Source of the DNA: a virus
IMG/VR virus record: IMGVR_UViG_3300032291_001296
Coordinates: 1 to 64,000 of that record
Strand: one strand, 5' to 3'
DNA: 64,000 nucleotides
Below the pieces are notes generated by a model. That model did not search any database. It was given only the letters and a program-made list of their open reading frames with translations, and was not told the origin of the DNA. The position numbers and the translations under genes were made by a program. Shown here piece by piece: positions 58,114 through 64,000 of this stretch; within the stretch, counting starts at the first letter, position 1; each line of letters starts with the position of its first letter.

Positions 58114-58121
58114 CAAATGTA
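58114..58121 (-). promoter_or_regulatory. Bacteroidota -7 promoter element
   Basis: TACATTTG, 7 nt upstream of ATG 58106. Confidence 0.6.
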
Positions 58122-58185
58122 ATATGAATTATTAAATTATCCAAAATTAATAATCAATTCTGGTAATTCTTTATAATTAGATTAG

Positions 58186-61100
58186 TTATAAATTTTTAAG
58201 TGCTCTTACAATAGAGCTATTTTTATTATTCTTTTTAGATACCTTTCCACCATTTTTTGCAGCAATCATTCCTGAAGCAATTATACCTGGTGTTGCATAT
58301 AGTGGAGATGTTGTTCCACCTGCTTCTTGCATTTTATAATATTTTAATTTACCATCAGCATCATAAACAGGAACTTCTTCTATTGTAGACTTACCACCAT
58401 ATATCTGTGGAATAGCTGGTCTATACCCAGGACCTTGAGTATGTATACCGTATGATTGATCATATCCAAATTTTGGAAATAAATTACTACTAGCTAAGTA
58501 TTTATTTTTAGTAGACTCAAATTGTAAATACTTATCAGCAATAGAAGCAACAGCAGCCTGTTGAGTTTCTTTTGTTCTAGATTTAGCTAATGCTTGTTTA
58601 TTCATTTGATCAGCATACAATTGTATATTTGCTAAACGTTCTTGATTAACTTTATTTCTATTACCACCAAATATCTTATCTTCAATAGCTTGGTTAGTTC
58701 TAAACTCTTCAGCATTCACTGCATTGTTTGCTAGGTATTTCTTACCTAATAATCCTGCCATTGCTGCTGGGTTATATCCAAGACTTCTTTCAGCATCTCT
58801 AAAGTCTGCTGTGTTTTGATCTCTTACATTCTGATAGCTTACACGATATATAGGATCTAGATCATATCTCATAGTTTGAACTGGTACAGGCTCTTCTTGA
58901 TTTTGAGCTATAGACATATATTCTCCTGCAAGCTGACGTGGATCAAATTCAAAAGGAAATCTATTTCTATTTAATTGACTAAGCATACCAAATATATCTA
59001 ATGCTGTGTTTCCCTTATAAGGAACTACACCTATTTGAGATTTGTTTGCATTAATTCCTTTATTACCTGTTGCTGTACCTAGAGTATTTAATTTTAAATC
59101 TGGTGCATTTTTGAAATGACTTCTAACACTAGCCATATACTGATCTGTTCTAGGACCATGGTATTCATCTTCATTACTTTGTAATATTTTTGCTACATCC
59201 TTACCTTCTAGAATATCTTGTACAGTAAGACCCATTTCTTTTGCTTTATTACTAAGACCATTTTCTCTAGTGGTTTTTTGAATTGCAGCAAGAGCTTCTT
59301 GAGGAAATGATTGATGATATAATTTTTGAAAACCAAGGGTAGATTTATTTTTCTTACCTTTTGTAGCTTGACTTTCATTATATAACTTTATGAAGTTATT
59401 ATATTGCTCTTCTGTAATACTACCATCTGCAGGAGTAACAGTTGCACTATTCTGAGCTTTTCTTAAATAAGCACCAGACTTACCAACATATGGATTTTCT
59501 ATTTCAGCATCTTTAGTAATAGGATCATAGTCATCTACTATCTTACCCTTACCTAATTCTTCAGCACTAATATTTTTTCCTCTAAGATATGACGCTTCTT
59601 TTTTAACCTCTTGTGTAGCATTCTGTAAGTCAGCCATTTTCTTTATGTAGTTTGCAAATTGCTGTTGTGTATCATCTGCACCTTGTCCCATTGCTTGAGC
59701 AGTGTTCAATAATAGCTTACCCCATTTATTATTAGGATCTGCTTTTTCTGCTAGTTCAGCAGCTTTAAGTTTAGTCTTAGCTGCTTTGTTTTGTGGTGCA
59801 GCAAAGCTAGCTATTATCTTTTTATAAGTTTGACCATCTTTTTCTTTAGCAAGTTTTATAAGATCTGCATCTCCTGTAGCTTCTGCTACATGTTTACTAA
59901 ATGGTATGTTACCAAATATTACAGCTTCTGTAGATGGTTTACCTGTTTTAGGATCTACTGATCCACCACTAGCTAATTGTACAACAGGTTCTTTTGTTTC
60001 AGCTTCTACCTGTGCTTTCATATGTGCACCACTAGCAGCTTGTCCTTCATAGTCTCCTTCTTCATTACCACCATAGCTAATACCAACACCACCTTTATCA
60101 TGAGGTTTACCATGTATCATTACTATCTCACCAGATTCTGGTAAATAAGGATTTTGAGCTATAGTTTCAAGATGTCCACCCCAATGAGTTTGAAGTTGTC
60201 CACCCATAGCATAAGAAGACATTTCTCCACCATTCTCATATGTTTCCATAGCTCTTGCACTAGGAGGAGTGTACTCTCTTAAGTGTCCACCAGCTCTTAG
60301 CATATCAGCATCATGAGGAGGTTTTAATAAGTCTTTCACTTTGTGTTCACCAAATGTAGCAATCACTTGTGGTTGCCAATCATTACTTACCCATCCACTA
60401 TCTAAGTTTGCTCCATTCTCACCAACATGCATTGCATTTAATCCACTAGCAAAACGATTACCAGTACTTAATCTTGAAATATATGAATTGTTTGCACCTA
60501 TTCTACTTTTTTGGAAAGCTTGCTTACCTGGTTCTTTATCAAAGTAACCACCAATCATTGTACCAGCCAATGATCCTACTGGTCCAAATAAACTACCAAG
60601 AGAACCACCAATTTGACTTCCTGCATTATTTCCAAATTGTCCACCTATAAAAGAATCAAAAGGGCTACCTTGTCCCATGTTACCCATGAAGCTTGTATCA
60701 CCACTTCCACTTAATCCAGAATTAGCTTGTCCCCACCATTGTCCAAATCCACCACCATTTGCATATGCTTTAACTTCATTAGGATCTTCTAGATCTGTAT
60801 ATGCAGTGTAATCAGGAGCATAAGTATTTTGTATTTCTGTTGGATTACCACCAACCTTTGCACCATTTTGTCCAAAAAATACATCTGTACCTCTTCCTTG
60901 AGTATAACTTAGTTCATTAGCATTTTTAATATTCCTTCTAGCATCTACTCTATTATATGTATTTTTTGGTTTTTCAGCAAATGCATCTGATACAGCAGCA
61001 TCTTTAATCTTATCACTAACGTTAGCCCAAGTTTCTAATTTTCCAGTTAATTCTTTTTCTGCACTAAGATTTTGTAATCCTTTAACTGTACCAAAAAATA

Positions 61101-61563
61101 CATTTCCAAAACCTTGTGTATTAAATCCTTGACCTTTATTTTGAGAAGCCCCACCATTTGAATCTAAACCAAAAACACCATTGGAAAATTGTGAATTAGG
61201 ATTGTTAGCTGGTATTGGATTTTGTTGTGCCCATTGATTGCCATAGTTTTGCATAGCAAATGGATCACTATTTTGAAACCCACCCATATAATTTAATGAA
61301 GGATTGGAAACATTATAAGCACCAGGTGCAAAATTGTTACTAGGAGCAAAAGTATTTTGGTATTGAGACTGTGGGTTCATTCCCCATTCTTGTACAAACC
61401 CAGGAGTAGAATAGCCAGTCTGTGCTTTACTAATTGCATGCTTTGTTTGCACACCTTTGAATGCTTCAGGATGAGCTTTTTTAAATGCTGCTTCTGTAGG
61501 ATACTTCTTGTAGAACTCCTTTTCAGATTTAACTCCTGCGATTTTTAAGATTTCTGATTTCAT
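58186..61563 (-). CDS. Virion cargo protein, Gly/Asn/Gln-rich, with repeated xxxGG motifs
   Basis: 1125 aa with a G..H..GG..EAE..E segment, a Gly-rich hydrophobic stretch and many YANGG/YENGG/AKNGG motifs. Confidence 0.6.
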   Translation of the reverse strand: MKSEILKIAGVKSEKEFYKKYPTEAAFKKAHPEAFKGVQTKHAISKAQTGYSTPGFVQEWGMNPQSQYQNTFAPSNNFAPGAYNVSNPSLNYMGGFQNSDPFAMQNYGNQWAQQNPIPANNPNSQFSNGVFGLDSNGGASQNKGQGFNTQGFGNVFFGTVKGLQNLSAEKELTGKLETWANVSDKIKDAAVSDAFAEKPKNTYNRVDARRNIKNANELSYTQGRGTDVFFGQNGAKVGGNPTEIQNTYAPDYTAYTDLEDPNEVKAYANGGGFGQWWGQANSGLSGSGDTSFMGNMGQGSPFDSFIGGQFGNNAGSQIGGSLGSLFGPVGSLAGTMIGGYFDKEPGKQAFQKSRIGANNSYISRLSTGNRFASGLNAMHVGENGANLDSGWVSNDWQPQVIATFGEHKVKDLLKPPHDADMLRAGGHLREYTPPSARAMETYENGGEMSSYAMGGQLQTHWGGHLETIAQNPYLPESGEIVMIHGKPHDKGGVGISYGGNEEGDYEGQAASGAHMKAQVEAETKEPVVQLASGGSVDPKTGKPSTEAVIFGNIPFSKHVAEATGDADLIKLAKEKDGQTYKKIIASFAAPQNKAAKTKLKAAELAEKADPNNKWGKLLLNTAQAMGQGADDTQQQFANYIKKMADLQNATQEVKKEASYLRGKNISAEELGKGKIVDDYDPITKDAEIENPYVGKSGAYLRKAQNSATVTPADGSITEEQYNNFIKLYNESQATKGKKNKSTLGFQKLYHQSFPQEALAAIQKTTRENGLSNKAKEMGLTVQDILEGKDVAKILQSNEDEYHGPRTDQYMASVRSHFKNAPDLKLNTLGTATGNKGINANKSQIGVVPYKGNTALDIFGMLSQLNRNRFPFEFDPRQLAGEYMSIAQNQEEPVPVQTMRYDLDPIYRVSYQNVRDQNTADFRDAERSLGYNPAAMAGLLGKKYLANNAVNAEEFRTNQAIEDKIFGGNRNKVNQERLANIQLYADQMNKQALAKSRTKETQQAAVASIADKYLQFESTKNKYLASSNLFPKFGYDQSYGIHTQGPGYRPAIPQIYGGKSTIEEVPVYDADGKLKYYKMQEAGGTTSPLYATPGIIASGMIAAKNGGKVSKKNNKNSSIVRALKNL

Positions 61564-61564
61564 A

Positions 61565-64000
61565 TTAATTATAATTATCTAACCAGCCTCCTGGTTGTTT
61601 GGTGTTATAGTTTGTAAAATTAGTTAATTGGTTTAACTTAACCAACTGATTTCCATCTTTTGCTTTGGTGACTTTACCACCATTTTGTTTAGAAGAGTTC
61701 TCTCTTATAGCTGATCTTCTAGCCCATTCAAAATTTTTCTGATACTCTTTATTAATTCTTTCGTTTTCTTTATATCCATATACACTTAATGCAGATATTG
61801 CAGAACCACCTCCACCAAGAACCAATGCAGTTTTCATTTTATCTTGAAGTTGTCTTAGATGATATTTTCTATCAATTAGCTCTAGTCTCATTTGAGTCAT
61901 ATCATCTACTTCTTTATCTAATTTTGCTTTAAACTCATCAAGTCTATTTATTTCATCTTTATATTTTTTATTATAAGCTTTTTCTGATAAAGCATCTATA
62001 TCTTCAATTATTTTTTTTCTTTGCATTGATATTTCAGAAAGACGTTTAGTGGCTCTATCTATACCACCTTCTACATATCCTTTAATAGCTCTGAATTGTT
62101 TTGGTAAAAGTTCTAGATCAGAATTAATTTTTTTACTATTTAATACTTGTTCAGCTGCATCAGATCTTTGTTTAAAAGATTTTATTACATTTCTTGAATT
62201 TGATATTTTATATTGCATAGCATCTATTGCTTCATCAAAATCTCTAAGTGTTGATGCATAAGTAGAATTACCATATCTACTAAATCTAGCATCTTTTTTT
62301 GCTACAGTTCTACCAGTCTCTTTTGCAAATTTATATAATGCTTCTTTACCTTCTTCACTATATGGAAGATTTTCAATTAACTGTGATGTATTTTCACTTG
62401 TGTTAGCTGCATCTTTAAGATGATCATCCATTTTTACATCGGATAGAATATCACTTAATATTTTTCTTTCTTCTTCGGTGAAAAGCTTTTCTCCAGATAC
62501 ATTATGTTCAATAGAATTAATATATGACATTGGATCTGATATATCTAAATTCATTCCAAGTTGCTTCATTGAAACAATATTATTATCTCCATGAAATGGA
62601 TGTCCTAACATTACATGGTTTTGTCCTATACCATTGATAGCTCCACCACCAGCACCAGGATGATATTCTTTAATTGCTGCTTCTATTTTATCAATTTTTC
62701 CTTTATCTACTTGTCTAGTTAATATAGAATTATTGATGTAGTAATCATTAATAGCAAGTTGCATTCTTTCTGGATCAGCTGCTACTAATGCTTTATTACC
62801 AATGAAATTAATTTTATCTAATATCTCTTTATTTGTTTCAACATTAGATAACTGTTCTAATGGAAACTGATGTCCAATAGATCCTTTACTTCCTACTAAA
62901 GATTTAACAAACTGTTCTTGTCCTTGAGAAACAACACTTGGTTTACCATAGTTAATTAATGCATCTATCTTATTTATATGGTGATCTTTAGTAGATTCAT
63001 ATGCATCAACAACTGACTTAGTAGTAGGGTTAGTCATGTCAACTAATTCTTGAGATGAATAAGGAATCTTTAATTCAGATTTACTCTTTATTGATTTTCT
63101 AACTGCTGCATAATATTCATCTGGAGCAACTTGTTTAAATAATTCTTCAGCTCTTTCTCCTATAGCTTTACCACCTTTTTCTTGAATAACATTTATATCA
63201 ATTGGTGCAACTCCTTCAGCTGCTCCAGGAATGTTATGAAGATCTGCAAGTCCTTTGTTTCCTACTGGAGGATTAGCTTTAGCAAATTTATCATATTGAG
63301 ATTGACTCATAATCACATCATAGTCACCAATTATATGAGGAACATTTGTTTCAGCAACATTCTTAGCACTACCAAATACTTTAGCTCCAGGGATTTGAGT
63401 TTCTATAAAATCAATATTCTTTTTAACAGTAGAAACATATTCAGGAGTAGCTTCAGGTAACACTGCGTTATCTACAGTTTTTACAACTTTATCTCCTTCT
63501 ACTGTATGTATAATATTTTCATTAGGAACAGATGTAGATATAGGAAACTTTTCTCCTGTTGCTAAATCCGTAATGTCTGTACTACCTGTTCTTAATCCTA
63601 GAGATGTATCTTTTCCACTTTGAACAAGACCTTCACCATTCACTCTAAACTGACCTGCAACATCTATTCTTTTTTGAAGTTTATTTATTCTATCATTCAA
63701 TTGATTAAGTTCATCAATTGATGCTTTTGTTTTTAATTTATTAGCTTTTGCTTCTATGGCCCATTTTTTCTGACGAAGTTTTCCAACTTCTTCACTATAC
63801 TTTGCATATTCTGGACCTGTATATAAAGCCCTCTCAGCAACTTCAACAGCATCTATTTTAGGCTGTATACTTTTTATCTCACCTGATATTACAGCACCCA
63901 TATCATTAACTAAAGTTTTACCTTTAGTTAAAATAGGAGCAGTAACTTCACTAGCTTTAGCTAAAGCTTGACTACCTTTATTTGCAACATATCCAAGTCC
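61565..64000 (-). CDS. Large virion-associated protein (5'-partial) with a nucleotidyltransferase-like motif
   Basis: The frame stays open from 64000. It contains VFGS-x12-GDYDV..IDI, a coiled coil, a hydrophobic segment and a QNGG/GWLD C-terminus. Confidence 0.65.
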   Translation of the reverse strand, partial: GLGYVANKGSQALAKASEVTAPILTKGKTLVNDMGAVISGEIKSIQPKIDAVEVAERALYTGPEYAKYSEEVGKLRQKKWAIEAKANKLKTKASIDELNQLNDRINKLQKRIDVAGQFRVNGEGLVQSGKDTSLGLRTGSTDITDLATGEKFPISTSVPNENIIHTVEGDKVVKTVDNAVLPEATPEYVSTVKKNIDFIETQIPGAKVFGSAKNVAETNVPHIIGDYDVIMSQSQYDKFAKANPPVGNKGLADLHNIPGAAEGVAPIDINVIQEKGGKAIGERAEELFKQVAPDEYYAAVRKSIKSKSELKIPYSSQELVDMTNPTTKSVVDAYESTKDHHINKIDALINYGKPSVVSQGQEQFVKSLVGSKGSIGHQFPLEQLSNVETNKEILDKINFIGNKALVAADPERMQLAINDYYINNSILTRQVDKGKIDKIEAAIKEYHPGAGGGAINGIGQNHVMLGHPFHGDNNIVSMKQLGMNLDISDPMSYINSIEHNVSGEKLFTEEERKILSDILSDVKMDDHLKDAANTSENTSQLIENLPYSEEGKEALYKFAKETGRTVAKKDARFSRYGNSTYASTLRDFDEAIDAMQYKISNSRNVIKSFKQRSDAAEQVLNSKKINSDLELLPKQFRAIKGYVEGGIDRATKRLSEISMQRKKIIEDIDALSEKAYNKKYKDEINRLDEFKAKLDKEVDDMTQMRLELIDRKYHLRQLQDKMKTALVLGGGGSAISALSVYGYKENERINKEYQKNFEWARRSAIRENSSKQNGGKVTKAKDGNQLVKLNQLTNFTNYNTKQPGGWLDNYN

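Noticed and set aside
39588-63460. Many 60-130-aa + strand ORFs opposite the cargo genes, and - strand ORFs opposite the early genes
   Set aside because: They lie wholly antisense to long motif-bearing genes, with hydrophobic Ser/Leu/Phe shadow composition and poor start context.
1-64000. Stop-codon reassignment as seen in some crAss-like phages
   Set aside because: Genes up to 13 kb are uninterrupted in code 11, TGA and TAG both serve as stops, and coding density is high.
1-64000. tRNA/rRNA genes, integrase, capsid/portal/terminase
   Set aside because: None were recognised. Intergenic gaps are mostly too short for RNA genes, and the head genes presumably lie outside the window.

Overview
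This window is a 64-kb, AT-rich piece of a lytic crAss-like (Crassvirales-type) phage genome, probably infecting a Bacteroidota host. The host inference rests on TAnnTTTG promoters, A-rich translation starts without Shine-Dalgarno sites, and a signal peptide followed by Gln. The standard genetic code fits. The + strand (1-18.85 kb) carries replication and accessory genes: SSB-like protein, primase, an atypical UNG, rIIA/rIIB, HNH and GIY-YIG nucleases, exonuclease, RecA, MazG, PhoH, thioredoxin, an Acb2/Tad1-like protein, a GroES-like protein and a GT2-acyltransferase-GT2 cluster. It ends at a bidirectional terminator. The - strand (18.88-64 kb) carries late/virion genes: Lys-rich small proteins, a ferritin-like protein, a lysis cassette, fibres, and large ejected cargo proteins including a 4430-aa virion RNA polymerase with a DFDID motif. 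The most notable candidate system is a phage-encoded protein O-glycosylation apparatus with two enzyme/substrate pairs. (i) A glycosyltransferase with plant HPAT/SERGT1-like motifs lies between three micro-genes ending in mucin-like poly-Thr tails, one of them missed by the ORF track. (ii) A four-domain methyltransferase/GT-A/GT4/TibC(Aah)-like enzyme lies near a Pro-free (Gly-Thr/Ser-Ser)n collagen-like fibre. All family assignments come from motif recognition by eye; no database search was run.
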